DNA of 64,000 nt from Sulfitobacter sp. (GTDB taxonomy: Bacteria > Pseudomonadota > Alphaproteobacteria > Rhodobacterales > Rhodobacteraceae). Shown here in pieces: positions 40,024 through 49,918 of this stretch. The position numbers were made by a program, and so were the translations under genes. The stretch covers positions 321,609 to 385,608 of the forward strand of contig JBDWQI010000157.1 of the NCBI GenBank assembly GCA_039986635.1, read 5' to 3'. Under the pieces are notes generated by a model. That model was not told where the DNA came from. It did not search any database and saw nothing but the letters and a program-made list of their open reading frames with translations. Positions within the stretch are counted from its first letter, which is position 1; each line of letters begins with the position of its first letter.

Positions 40024-40932
40024 TTATGTGTTGGAATTGTCAGTATTTTCAGCGGTTTTTCGCAAATGTTTCAATGCGGTGGCCCGAATGGCTTCTGTTA
40101 ACTTGGTTAACGCAGGCGCCATGATGCGGGTGACTTGCCAAAATAAGGGCACATCCAGCGGTGCGGCACTGTCCAGGGCGACCAACTCACCAGAAACAAT
40201 ATGGTCGGCCACCAGACTTTCGGGATTCATACCCCAGGCCAATCCATGTCTAGTCGCATCTACAAAAGCGTGGGTTGAGGGCATCAGATGGTTCGGCGGA
40301 TGCAAGGTTTTGCCGGTTTTTTGGGTGATCCAACGGGACTGAAGCTGATCCTTGGCAGTGAAGGTCAACATGGGCGCCCGGGCCAGGGCGGACGGGGTAA
40401 CGCCGTTGGGGAAATAGCGATGCATAAAGGCAGGGCTGGCGGTTGCGATATACCGCATGGAACCCAGTGGATAGAGATCGCAACCGCGCACCGCTTGGCC
40501 ATAGCCGGTGACTGCTGCGCTGACCGCGCCTCGTTTCAACCACTCATCAGCTGTGTCCTGATCATCAATCGCCAGATCATACAACAGGTCAGGCGCCGCC
40601 GCGAAGGCAGGCAGTAACCAAGTTGCCAAACAATCTGCGGGCACGGCAAGGGTAAGACGGGCAAGCGTGCTTTCGGTTTGGGCCAAATCCCCCAAGGCGT
40701 CACGTTCCAAAAGGGCGATGTTTTCAGCGTGTTTGGCGAGCCGCGCTCCGAGAGGTGTTGGTGTGCAGGGGTGGTTGCGATGCACCAGCGATGTGCCGAC
40801 GCGTTCTTCCAATGCCTTAAGCCGCTGGGAAATTGCGGAAGGCGTCACATTCAGCGCGCCCGCAGCTGCATCAAAACTGCCAAGCCGCAAGATAGCGGAC
40901 AATGCAGCCAATTGAGTGGGATCTATCTGCAT
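40024..40932 (-). CDS. ArgP/LysG-type LysR regulator
   Basis: GSFDAAAGALNVTPSAISQR, DDQD, LGSMRY; divergent from a LysE gene. Confidence 0.9.
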   Translation of the reverse strand: MQIDPTQLAALSAILRLGSFDAAAGALNVTPSAISQRLKALEERVGTSLVHRNHPCTPTPLGARLAKHAENIALLERDALGDLAQTESTLARLTLAVPADCLATWLLPAFAAAPDLLYDLAIDDQDTADEWLKRGAVSAAVTGYGQAVRGCDLYPLGSMRYIATASPAFMHRYFPNGVTPSALARAPMLTFTAKDQLQSRWITQKTGKTLHPPNHLMPSTHAFVDATRHGLAWGMNPESLVADHIVSGELVALDSAAPLDVPLFWQVTRIMAPALTKLTEAIRATALKHLRKTAENTDNSNT

Positions 40933-41009
40933 TAGAAAATTTAATCCAAGGTAAGAAGCTTTAATTTGAGTAATGTACGGGCCGCCGATAGTCAAAGCGT
41001 CAACACGAA

Positions 41010-41621
41010 GTGGATATTCTTATGCTGACCTCTTTCCTTCCGGGATTTGCCCTGAGCTTGACGTTGATTGTTGCTATTGGTGCGCAGAATGCTTTTGTCC
41101 TGCGGCAAGGTCTGAGGCGTGAACATGTGTTCTGGGTGTGTTTGACCTGTGGGGTCATGGATGCGGTGCTGATTGCGGGAGGGGTTGCGGGATTTGGGGC
41201 GCTGTCAACGGCGGTGCCGTCCTTTGAGATGGCAATGCGCTACGGAGGTGCGGCATTTCTGATCTGGTATGGTGCGGTAAATGCGCGGTCGGCATGGCGG
41301 GGCGGATCGGTGTTAGATACGACTGGGGCGGCGTCCCAAACTGTGCAGCGCGCCATTGTGACGTTGCTGGGGATCACCTTTTTGAACCCGCATGTTTATC
41401 TTGATACGGTTGTTTTGATTGGATCAATCTCTGCGCAATACCCTGACCGTCTGGCCTTTGGGATTGGGGCCGCATTGGCAAGCCTGAGCTTCTTTTTCAC
41501 CTTGGGTTATGGGGCGCGGCTGTTGACGCCACTGTTTGCACGCCCTGTCAGCTGGCAAATATTGGATGCGATCATTGCGCTGACAATGTGGGCCATTGCT
41601 GCGAAACTTTTGCTGGGGTGA
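41010..41621 (+). CDS. LysE/ArgO amino-acid exporter
   Basis: IGAQNAFVLRQGL, FLNPHVYLDT. Confidence 0.93.
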   Translation: MDILMLTSFLPGFALSLTLIVAIGAQNAFVLRQGLRREHVFWVCLTCGVMDAVLIAGGVAGFGALSTAVPSFEMAMRYGGAAFLIWYGAVNARSAWRGGSVLDTTGAASQTVQRAIVTLLGITFLNPHVYLDTVVLIGSISAQYPDRLAFGIGAALASLSFFFTLGYGARLLTPLFARPVSWQILDAIIALTMWAIAAKLLLG

Positions 41622-41657
41622 CTTGCCCTTGGGGGCGCATGGGGCCAGTAATGGCGC

Positions 41658-42560
41658 ATGGTTACCGCACACTCACATCGTCCCATGGCTGGCATTTTTT
41701 GGATGTTGGTGACCGGGTTACTCTTTATTCTTGTCACCGCCTTGGTGAAATATATGGGGCCGCGATTGCCCGCAGCGGAGGCCGCATTTCTACGCTACGC
41801 CTTGGGGCTGGTGTTCTTGTTGCCAACTTTGGGAGCCTTGAAGGCGGCACATTTGACCCGCCGTCAGGTGACGCTGTTTGGGGCACGGGGGTTTTGCCAT
41901 GCCTTTGGCGTGATCTTGTGGTTTTTTGCGATGACCCGCATCCCAATCGCCGAAGTGACCGCAATGAATTATCTTGCGCCTATCTATGTGACGATAGGGG
42001 CGGCTCTTTTCCTTGGTGAAAGACTGGCGCTGCGTCGGATTGTGGCGGTGGTCATGGGCCTGCTGGGGGCCGCAATCATCCTGCGACCGGGATTTCGCGA
42101 GGTCAGCATCGGGCATCTTGCCATGCTGTTTGCAGCGGTTGTTTTTGCCGGATCTTATCTGCTGGCCAAGGTGCTGGCAGATGAGGCAAAGCCGGGTATT
42201 GTTGTTGCGATGTTATCGGTTTTTGTGACGCTTGGGCTGGCGCCTTTTGCGCTGCCTGTCTGGATCGCGCCAACGGGCCAAGAGATCGCTATCCTGTTTG
42301 CCGTCGCGATCTTTGCCACCTCGGGGCATTACACTATGACATTGGCTTTTGCCGCAGCCCCGGTGACCGTAACGCAGCCTGTCACCTTCCTTCAATTGGT
42401 TTGGGCCACTGCGCTGGGCGCTTTGGCGTTCTCGGAGCCGGTGGACATCTGGGTCATCATCGGCGGCTTTGTGATCCTGAGTTCGGTGACCTTTATCACA
42501 TGGCGCGAGGCCATGCTCAAACGTCAAATAACGCCAAATCCTAATGCGACTAAGCTGTGA
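41658..42560 (+). CDS. DMT/EamA transporter
   Basis: Two EamA repeats, LGERL..RR. Confidence 0.87.
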   Translation: MVTAHSHRPMAGIFWMLVTGLLFILVTALVKYMGPRLPAAEAAFLRYALGLVFLLPTLGALKAAHLTRRQVTLFGARGFCHAFGVILWFFAMTRIPIAEVTAMNYLAPIYVTIGAALFLGERLALRRIVAVVMGLLGAAIILRPGFREVSIGHLAMLFAAVVFAGSYLLAKVLADEAKPGIVVAMLSVFVTLGLAPFALPVWIAPTGQEIAILFAVAIFATSGHYTMTLAFAAAPVTVTQPVTFLQLVWATALGALAFSEPVDIWVIIGGFVILSSVTFITWREAMLKRQITPNPNATKL

Positions 42561-42572
42561 TTGGTTTTATTG

Positions 42573-42586
42573 ATTGACCCGTCAAT
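42573..42586. promoter_or_regulatory. BetI operator
   Basis: ATTGAC-CC-GTCAAT (ATTGA-N4-TCAAT palindrome) 47 bp upstream of betI. Confidence 0.7.
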
Positions 42587-42633
42587 AAAAAACTCATTAC
42601 CTTAGCCAGACCCTTGCTAAGGAGCCGAATCCG

Positions 42634-43209
42634 ATGCCCAAAGTTGGAATGGAACCGATCCGTCGCTCTGCGCTGGTGCAGGCAACGATAGAAGAAATTG
42701 GCGCAGCGCATTCGTTGGATGTGACGGTTGGCCAGATTGCCAAACGTGCAGGTATGTCAACCGCATTGGCGCACCATTACTTTGGCGGCAAAGATCAGAT
42801 TTTCCTGGCAGCGATGCGCCATATCCTGTCGGAATATGGGGCCGAAGTGCGCGCCCGATTGGCAGAGGCACGAGGCCCGCGTGACCGCGCGGCGGCGATC
42901 ATCATCGCCAGCTTTGATGAAACCTGCTTTGCCCCTGCGACAGTTACAGCATGGATGACCCTTTATGCGGCGGCTCCCACCCATGCGGATACCCGCAAAT
43001 TGTTGCGGCTGTATCAACGTCGCCTTCGCTCAAATCTGCGCCATGCACTGCGCCCGATCACGCCCACTCCCGAGGCTGACGCAGAAACCATTGCCGCGCT
43101 GATTGATGGATTGTATCTGCGCGCGGCTTTGTCCCAAAGCGGGACAGCTTCAGCGGCGCGGGCCAGCGCACTCTCGACGTTACACCTGTTACTGGATGCC
43201 GCATCGTGA
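42634..43209 (+). CDS. betI: Choline-responsive TetR repressor
   Basis: MPKVGMEPIRR..L..AT, RRLRSNL, ALIDGLYLR. Confidence 0.95.
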   Translation: MPKVGMEPIRRSALVQATIEEIGAAHSLDVTVGQIAKRAGMSTALAHHYFGGKDQIFLAAMRHILSEYGAEVRARLAEARGPRDRAAAIIIASFDETCFAPATVTAWMTLYAAAPTHADTRKLLRLYQRRLRSNLRHALRPITPTPEADAETIAALIDGLYLRAALSQSGTASAARASALSTLHLLLDAAS

Positions 43210-44714
43210 CCAAACCAAATATCCTGATCCTGATGGTGGATCAATTGAACGGAACGCTGTTTCCTGATGGTCCTGCTGATTGGTTGCATGCCCCCAACCT
43301 CAAGGCACTGGCGGCGCGTTCAACCCGATTTGCCAATTGCTATACCGCATCCCCGTTGTGCGCGCCGGGGCGGGCGGCGTTTATGTCAGGCCAATTGCCG
43401 TCCGAAACAGGTGTCTATGACAATGCGGCTGAGTTTTGTTCTTCCATCCCAACTTATGCCCACCACCTGCGCCGTGCAGGCTATCAGACCTGCCTGAGTG
43501 GCAAGATGCATTTTGTCGGCCCAGATCAACTCCACGGATTTGAAGAACGGCTGACCACAGATATTTATCCCGCGGATTTCGGCTGGACTCCGGATTACCG
43601 CAAACCCGGAGAACGCATCGACTGGTGGTATCACAACATGGGATCCGTCACAGGTGCCGGTGTGGCCGAAACCTCCAATCAAATGGAATACGACGACGAG
43701 GTCGCCTATCATGCGACCCGCAAACTTTATGATCTGTCACGCGGTGCAGATGTGCGGCCATGGTGCCTGACCGTCAGCTTTACCCATCCGCATGATCCCT
43801 ACGTGGCCCGCAAGAAATATTGGGATCTCTACGCGGACTGCGACCATTTGCAACCTGAAATACCAGCAATGGATTATGCAGATCATGACCCGCATTCACA
43901 ACGCATTTTTGACGCCAACAACTGGCGTGAGTTCGATATCACCTCAAAAGATATCGAACGCTCGCGCCGGGCCTATTTTGCCAACATCAGCTATCTTGAC
44001 GATAAGATCGGAGATATCCTGCGAACGCTGAAAGAGACACGCCAAGAAGCGATTGTTGTGTTTGTATCAGACCATGGCGATATGTTGGGCGAACGCGGGT
44101 TATGGTTTAAAATGTCCTTCCTCGAAGGCTCGGCCCGGGTACCAATGATGATATCAGCCCCGCAAATGCACGTGGGCCTGCATACAACACCGGTGAGCAA
44201 CATAGACGTCTGCCCAACACTTTGCGACCTCGCAGGGGTCAGCATGCAAGACGTCATGCCTTGGACAAGCGGACAAAGCCTTGTCCCAATGGGGCAGGGG
44301 GAAGAACGAACAGCACCTGTCGCCATGGAATATGCCGCCGAAGGATCATACGCCCCGCTGGTCTCCTTGCGATATGGCAAATGGAAATACAACCGATGCA
44401 CCCTTGACCCGGACCAATTGTTCGATCTGGACGCCGATCCGCATGAATTGGTGAACCTGGCAACACAGCCCCAACACCAAGGGACAGTCACGTCTCTGCG
44501 GGCCAAATCTCAGGCCCGTTGGGATCTAGAAGCCTATGACGCTGACGTGCGCAAATCCCAAGCCCGCCGTTGGGTTGTATATGATGCGCTGCGCGAAGGC
44601 GGATATTATCCGTGGGATTATCAACCCCTACGCCGTGCGTCTGAACAATACATGCGCAACCACATGGACCTGAATGTCCTCGAAGAAAACAAAAGGTACC
44701 CCCGTGGCGAATAG
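43206..44714 (+). CDS. betC: Choline sulfatase
   Basis: PNILILMVDQL, SPLCAPGR, GKMHFVGPDQLHGFE, WDYQP. Confidence 0.95.
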   Translation: MTKPNILILMVDQLNGTLFPDGPADWLHAPNLKALAARSTRFANCYTASPLCAPGRAAFMSGQLPSETGVYDNAAEFCSSIPTYAHHLRRAGYQTCLSGKMHFVGPDQLHGFEERLTTDIYPADFGWTPDYRKPGERIDWWYHNMGSVTGAGVAETSNQMEYDDEVAYHATRKLYDLSRGADVRPWCLTVSFTHPHDPYVARKKYWDLYADCDHLQPEIPAMDYADHDPHSQRIFDANNWREFDITSKDIERSRRAYFANISYLDDKIGDILRTLKETRQEAIVVFVSDHGDMLGERGLWFKMSFLEGSARVPMMISAPQMHVGLHTTPVSNIDVCPTLCDLAGVSMQDVMPWTSGQSLVPMGQGEERTAPVAMEYAAEGSYAPLVSLRYGKWKYNRCTLDPDQLFDLDADPHELVNLATQPQHQGTVTSLRAKSQARWDLEAYDADVRKSQARRWVVYDALREGGYYPWDYQPLRRASEQYMRNHMDLNVLEENKRYPRGE

Positions 44715-44715
44715 C

Positions 44716-44750
44716 CCTTCTTTTTGGCCTGAAATACCGCCGCCGGAGGC
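44716..44750 (+). repeat. Possible Rhodobacteraceae intergenic repeat unit
   Basis: CCTTCTTTTTGGCCTGAAATACCGCCGCCGGAGGC resembles, from memory, a short dispersed repeat of this family; single copy here. Confidence 0.3.
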
Positions 44751-45107
44751 AAGAAAGTTCTTTTTAAGATTGGCGAAATTAACACCGCCGCTGGTGTGTT
44801 TGACGCGAAGAGCGGCCGGTCCTGCCGGGCTGCGATGAGCGGTATTTTTTGGCAGGCGTGATCCAAAGGAGCGCTGACGCGCAAGCCATTCTTGGTGCGG
44901 AGGAGAGCTGAGCCCGCATGTGATGGGGCGCCACAAAAGGGTGGCGCGCTGACTATCTGATGAGAGGTGCGCAAGGTCACTTTGTGGCGCGTGGCAACTC
45001 ATGAATTTTTAGGCTGCGATTGTGCGCAGCGTCAAGGAGAGCTCGGGCAAACCCCGGCGCGGCGAGCGCATCTTTGACCCTGCGTGCAATCCTGAAGGAC
45101 GTGAGAG

Positions 45108-46766
45108 ATGAAAGCTGAGTTTATCATTGTGGGAGCGGGCAGCGCAGGCTGTGCCATGGCGTACAGATTGGCCATGGCGGGGCGTCGGGTGATCGTGATT
45201 GAACATGGCGGCAGTGACGCTGGACCATTTATTCAGATGCCGGCGGCGCTCAGTTATCCGATGAATATGAAGACCTATGATTGGGGATATGCGTCCGAAC
45301 CTGAACCACATTTAGGCAATCGCAGGCTGGCCTGTCCCCGGGGCAAGGTCATTGGTGGATCGTCTTCTATCAATGGGATGGTCTATGTGCGTGGCCATGC
45401 GCAGGACTTTGACCATTGGGAAGAGAGCGGCGCGCGCGGCTGGGCCTATGCGGATGTCTTGCCCTATTACAAGCGGATGGAGAACTGGCATGATGGCGGG
45501 CATGGCGGTGATCCGACGTGGCGCGGCACGGATGGCCCATTACATGTCAGCCGCGGCCCGCGCACAAATCCGCTGTTCGACGCGTTTGTAAAGGCGGGGG
45601 CTCAGGCCGGCTATCAGGTGAGCGACGATTACAATGGCCAGCAGCAAGAAGGGTTTGGCCCTATGGAGCAAACCGTCTGGCAGGGCAGGCGATGGTCAGC
45701 GGCCAATGCGTATTTACGGCCCGCTCAAAAGACAGGAAACGTAACGCTGGTGCGGGCCTTGGCAGAAAAGATCGTTATTGTTGATGGCCGTGCAACGGGC
45801 GTGGTGGTGCAGCGCAAAGGCAAACGTGAAGTGATTGAAGCGGAGCGCGAGGTGGTGTTGGCGGCATCTTCTCTGAATTCGCCCAAATTGCTGATGTTGT
45901 CAGGTATTGGCCCTGCGGCGCATCTTGCAGAGCACGGCATCGAGGTTGTCGCGGACCGCCCCGGGGTGGGCACCAATCTGCAAGACCATCTGGAGATGTA
46001 TATTCAAATGGCAGCCTCGCAGCCCATCACACTTTATAAACACTGGAATCTTCTGTCCAAGGCGGTGATTGGCGCGCAATGGTTATTCCTGAAAAAGGGC
46101 ATGGGGGCTTCAAATCAGTTTGAAAGTGCGGGTTTCATCCGCTCAAAGGCGGGTGTCCCCTATCCAGATATTCAGTTCCATTTCCTGCCGATTGCTGTGC
46201 GGTATGACGGGCAGGCGGCGGCGGAAGGACATGGGTTTCAGGCGCATACCGGTCCCATGCGGTCGCGGTCGCGTGGCAATGTGACCTTGCGGTCAGCGGA
46301 TCCGGCCGATGATCCGGTGATCAGGTTTAACTATATGTCCCATCCAGAGGATTGGGAGGAATTTCGCACCTGCATTCGCCTGACGCGCGAAATCTTTGCA
46401 CAAGAAGCATTCAAGCCGTTTGTCAAACATGAGATTCAGCCCGGCGTTGCACATCAGAGCGATGCTGAACTGGATGCGGTTATCAAAGAGCATGCGGAAA
46501 GTGCTTATCATCCTTGCGGCACTTGTCGGATGGGCGCACCAGAAGACCGTCATGCGGTTGTGGACCCAATGGCGCGGGTGATCGGCGTTGAAGGGTTGCG
46601 CGTGGCGGACAGTTCAATCTTCCCTCGCATCACCAATGGCAACCTGAATGCGCCGTCAATTATGGTGGGGGAAAAGGTCTCGGATATGCTGTTGGGTCTT
46701 GATCCATTGGCACGTGCAAATGATGAACCTTGGAATCATCCCGACTGGCAGACAGCGCAACGTTAG
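45108..46766 (+). CDS. betA: Choline dehydrogenase
   Basis: [46 protein letters not shown]. Confidence 0.96.
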   Translation: MKAEFIIVGAGSAGCAMAYRLAMAGRRVIVIEHGGSDAGPFIQMPAALSYPMNMKTYDWGYASEPEPHLGNRRLACPRGKVIGGSSSINGMVYVRGHAQDFDHWEESGARGWAYADVLPYYKRMENWHDGGHGGDPTWRGTDGPLHVSRGPRTNPLFDAFVKAGAQAGYQVSDDYNGQQQEGFGPMEQTVWQGRRWSAANAYLRPAQKTGNVTLVRALAEKIVIVDGRATGVVVQRKGKREVIEAEREVVLAASSLNSPKLLMLSGIGPAAHLAEHGIEVVADRPGVGTNLQDHLEMYIQMAASQPITLYKHWNLLSKAVIGAQWLFLKKGMGASNQFESAGFIRSKAGVPYPDIQFHFLPIAVRYDGQAAAEGHGFQAHTGPMRSRSRGNVTLRSADPADDPVIRFNYMSHPEDWEEFRTCIRLTREIFAQEAFKPFVKHEIQPGVAHQSDAELDAVIKEHAESAYHPCGTCRMGAPEDRHAVVDPMARVIGVEGLRVADSSIFPRITNGNLNAPSIMVGEKVSDMLLGLDPLARANDEPWNHPDWQTAQR

Positions 46767-46943
46767 AGGGTTCTTTGGAGGGAAGACCAAATGCCTGCTC
46801 AGAATCGTGACAATATTAACGCTTTGGCGAACTGGTTAGGGATTTGGTAACCTTTTTGGCCGTGCGCTGTTGAAGACGCAGAGAAAAGAGCCCATGTTCA
46901 CAATCTGTTCCGCGTCATCTTCTGTTTTGCTACTGCTGTAGCC

Positions 46944-47564
46944 TTGGCAATGCCAGTTCAGGCGGCAGAATTGCGCGGGCGTGTTAAGGTTATTGATGGC
47001 GATACATTTGACGTGGGGCGGATACGAATCCGTATCCATGGCATTGATGCGCCAGAGCATGATCAACCCTGCACAACGCTTTCTGGACAAAACTGGGGCT
47101 GTGGAGATTGGGTGAACCGTCAGGTGCGGGACCGGTATCAGGGCAAAATGGCGCGATGTGAACAGGTCGACAGGGATCGATATGGGCGTGTCGTGGCGCG
47201 CTGCTTTGTGCAAGAAGCCGATGTGGGGCAAGAGCTGGTTCAGCGTGGCCTTGCCTTTGCCTATCGCAAATATTCCCACGCGTATGTCAAAGACGAAGAT
47301 CATGCGCGACGTAGCGTTCACGGGTTGCATGGGCACAAGATGGAATCGCCGGCGCGGTACCGCTTAACACGGATCAAAGGGCGGATTGCCCCGGACCCGG
47401 CGTGTCAGATCAAAGGCAATATCAACGCGCGGGGGGATCGCATTTACCATGTGCCGGGGCAGATATACTACAACCGCACCGGGATACGACCTGAGCGGGG
47501 CGAGCGGTGGTTTTGTTCACCCTCACAGGCAATGGCCTCTGGCTGGCGTGCGGCACGCCGTTAG
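46944..47564 (+). CDS. Thermonuclease (SNase)-family protein with C-terminal CxIKGNI domain; true start uncertain
   Basis: VIDGDT, RIHGIDAPE, DRYGR, CQIKGNI...IYHVPG...GERWFC. Confidence 0.85.
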   Translation: MAMPVQAAELRGRVKVIDGDTFDVGRIRIRIHGIDAPEHDQPCTTLSGQNWGCGDWVNRQVRDRYQGKMARCEQVDRDRYGRVVARCFVQEADVGQELVQRGLAFAYRKYSHAYVKDEDHARRSVHGLHGHKMESPARYRLTRIKGRIAPDPACQIKGNINARGDRIYHVPGQIYYNRTGIRPERGERWFCSPSQAMASGWRAARR

Positions 47565-47579
47565 GGTCCTGACCCTGAA

Positions 47580-48980
47580 TTACTCAACCCGGTATGGCAA
47601 AACATCGCGCAGATTTGGATCCACAACCAGATGTCGTTCCAGAGGCGGAACTGCGCGTTGATGACATCCTTTACGTTCACAAATCCGGCAGGAAATCCCG
47701 ATGGGTTCAAAAGCGCTGTCTTGGGTCATGTCCAGATCATCGGCATAGACCAGTTGATCCGCATGCCGCATCTCGCACCCCAACGCGATGGCATAGCGCC
47801 GCACGGGCGCGCCAAAGCGGCCAGCAGGTTTGCTGACGTCGCGGGCCAGTGAAATATAGCGCACGCCGTCCGGTGTTTCGGCCAATTGGCGCAGAAAACG
47901 GCCCGGGGTTTCAAAGGCGCGGTGCACGTTCCACAGCGGACACGCCCCCCCAAAACGGGCAAATTGCAACCGCGTGGCGGAATGCCGTTTGGTAATTGTG
48001 CCCGCTTGATCCACCCGGACAAAAAAGAACGGCACACCTTTGGACCCGGGACGTTGCAACGTGGACAATCGGTGGGCGATTTGTTCAATCGACGCCCCAA
48101 ATTGATTTGAGAGCACTTCAAGATCATGGCGGCAGGCCTGTGCCTGTTCATGGAACCGTCGATAGGGCAACAACGCGGCCCCGGCAAAGTAATTTGCAAG
48201 CCCAATCTTGGCAATGTCCCGGGCGTTTTCAGAAGTGAAACGTGCGAAATCCAAAGTAGCGTCGAGCAAGGGGTTTTGCTGGATCAATGCAACTTGAAGC
48301 AACAGCTGAAAGGTCTGTGTTTCTGGCGTGGCGCGGTCTGACAGATGCAGTTTTTTGTGGACAGGATCAAACCGCCGCAAGGTATCTGTGTTGTCAAAGG
48401 AAACGGTAATATCCATCTTTGCCAATGCGGCGATAGCTGCTGCGCGCATTGAAGGATGGGCAGTCTGAAGGCTGGCAAAATGTTCTGCGGCGCGGTCCAC
48501 CGCATCGATGTAGTTGTCGCAATAATGAAAGAAATCGCGCACTTCTTCCCATGGAGATGGCGCAACACGCGCGTCCTCTCGGCCCAGTGCTTCGTCCAAT
48601 GAGGCAAGGCGTTCATGGGTTTGGCGGTAACTTTGGTGCAGATCCAGAAACGCGCGCGCCAGCCCCGGAGCGTTTGATGCAGTGAGCCGGATGTCTGCCA
48701 ATGCAGGCATGTTGCCCTGAAAAACCGGATCAGCCAGAGCCTCGCGCATGTCACTGACCATGCGCTCGCTGTCTCCTGCACTTAACTCTGTGACATCAAG
48801 GCCAAATTCCGATGCCAGCGCCAACACCACCGTGGTCGAGATTGGCCGGTTGTTGTTTTCCATCTGATTGAGATAGGGCAGGGAGACGCCAAGCCGGGCG
48901 GCAAAATCTTTTTGCGTCAGCCCCAAGGCGGTGCGCACCTCGCGCAGCTTGGCCCCGGCATAGAGTTTCTGAGTAGCCAT
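47580..48980 (-). CDS. pccR: Short-chain fatty acyl-CoA regulator (ScfR family; PccR-like)
   Basis: XRE HTH, SYLNQMENN.RP, NYFAGA.LLPY, S.EQ.AHRLSTLQRPG, GGACPLWN, CRICER..C.QRA.P; linked to pccB/pccA/mcm. Confidence 0.85.
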   Translation of the reverse strand: MATQKLYAGAKLREVRTALGLTQKDFAARLGVSLPYLNQMENNNRPISTTVVLALASEFGLDVTELSAGDSERMVSDMREALADPVFQGNMPALADIRLTASNAPGLARAFLDLHQSYRQTHERLASLDEALGREDARVAPSPWEEVRDFFHYCDNYIDAVDRAAEHFASLQTAHPSMRAAAIAALAKMDITVSFDNTDTLRRFDPVHKKLHLSDRATPETQTFQLLLQVALIQQNPLLDATLDFARFTSENARDIAKIGLANYFAGAALLPYRRFHEQAQACRHDLEVLSNQFGASIEQIAHRLSTLQRPGSKGVPFFFVRVDQAGTITKRHSATRLQFARFGGACPLWNVHRAFETPGRFLRQLAETPDGVRYISLARDVSKPAGRFGAPVRRYAIALGCEMRHADQLVYADDLDMTQDSAFEPIGISCRICERKGCHQRAVPPLERHLVVDPNLRDVLPYRVE

Positions 48981-48989
48981 TTGGGAACC

Positions 48990-49028
48990 TTTGCAACTTT
49001 GCAGTATGCTGAACCTTAGCTTTGCAAA
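48990..49028. promoter_or_regulatory. ScfR/PccR-type binding sites upstream of the regulator
   Basis: TTTGCAAC (48990), TTTGCAGT (48998), TTTGCAAA (49021). Confidence 0.55.
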
Positions 49029-49081
49029 ACCCGTTGAGCAAGATGATCAGCTGTTAGTTATCTTACACTCTGCATCCCCCT

Positions 49082-49105
49082 TTTCAGGGGTTTGACCCCG
49101 GAAGA
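49082..49105 (+). repeat. Left boundary direct repeat
   Basis: TTTCAGGGGTTTGACCCCGGAAGA; 21/24 identical to 52206-52229. Confidence 0.7.
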
Positions 49106-49146
49106 ACCCCGCTGACCTTGGAAGTTCCCGGATGGGGAACCGGGTT

Positions 49147-49416
49147 TCAGCCGTGCCGATTGGGCTGACGTTGCCACCACGCATGAATTGTCGACTTGCC
49201 AACGCGGCGTTCTGGCGGGAAGTGTTCAGCGATCTGCGCAGCAAGCGCTTCAAAGGTAGTGGTGTCGATCCGCGCCACGACGAAGGCATGAAGCTCTGCA
49301 TCCGTGTCGATCTTGGATGGCCTGCCGGGGCGGTGTTGGCGGATGTGTTCGGCCTTTTCGAAGGGGGGTTCGAACGGCATGGTAAAGCCCCCTTCGAACG
49401 CTGAGCGCTTCACCAT
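49147..49416 (-). CDS. HTH protein resembling Mu gp27/DUF3486
   Basis: GRPSKID...TFEALAAQI...VGKSTIHAWW; ATG overlaps the end of the Mor-like gene. Confidence 0.45.
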   Translation of the reverse strand: MVKRSAFEGGFTMPFEPPFEKAEHIRQHRPGRPSKIDTDAELHAFVVARIDTTTFEALAAQIAEHFPPERRVGKSTIHAWWQRQPNRHG

Positions 49417-49775
49417 GGTTTTGCCTCTCTTGGCTCGTTGCGACCATGTAGATACTTCCGCAGGGTCACGTCTGTGACGCGCAGTCGGCGGGCAATGGCG
49501 GCGGTGGATAATCCTTGGATCGAAAGGCATTGCGCAAGCCATTTCGTCCCAAGCGGCACACGGTTCTTGAGGGCAGAAGACATCTCGGAGAGTAGCTGTA
49601 ATTTGCCGGGGCCAATGACCCGCTCGACGTCGCTTTTGCCTTTGGGTGTTGTCGGGATGTACAACTCGGCACCGCCAAAATTCAGGAGGAAATCAATTGT
49701 TGCCTCAACGCCCAGCACGTCAACAAAACGCTGCACATGCGGGGGCGGCAATGGATAGTTGCGGTGAGTGGCCAT
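49410..49775 (-). CDS. Mor/C-like transcription activator
   Basis: VDVLGVEAT..FLLNFGG.ELYIP ... STAAIARRLRVTDVTLRK. Confidence 0.65.
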   Translation of the reverse strand: MATHRNYPLPPPHVQRFVDVLGVEATIDFLLNFGGAELYIPTTPKGKSDVERVIGPGKLQLLSEMSSALKNRVPLGTKWLAQCLSIQGLSTAAIARRLRVTDVTLRKYLHGRNEPREAKPW

Positions 49776-49918
49776 CTCTAAACCCTCAGTTTTGCACCGC
49801 CCCCCGACACATCGGACTTATGTCAGGGGGCGGGCTTTGCCGCGCATCACAAAAAAAAACTGCACGGCAAAGGTTCGGCATGGCCTCTTGGGGGAAGGGC
49901 TCTACCTGCCGAATTCGG

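Noticed and set aside
44880-45100. Tandem glycine riboswitch upstream of betA (two GGAGAGC words)
   Set aside because: The conserved CCGAAG and CTCTCAGG elements are absent
49030-49150. tRNA/tmRNA integration site at the island edge
   Set aside because: No cloverleaf or T-arm/CCA motif recognisable at either boundary
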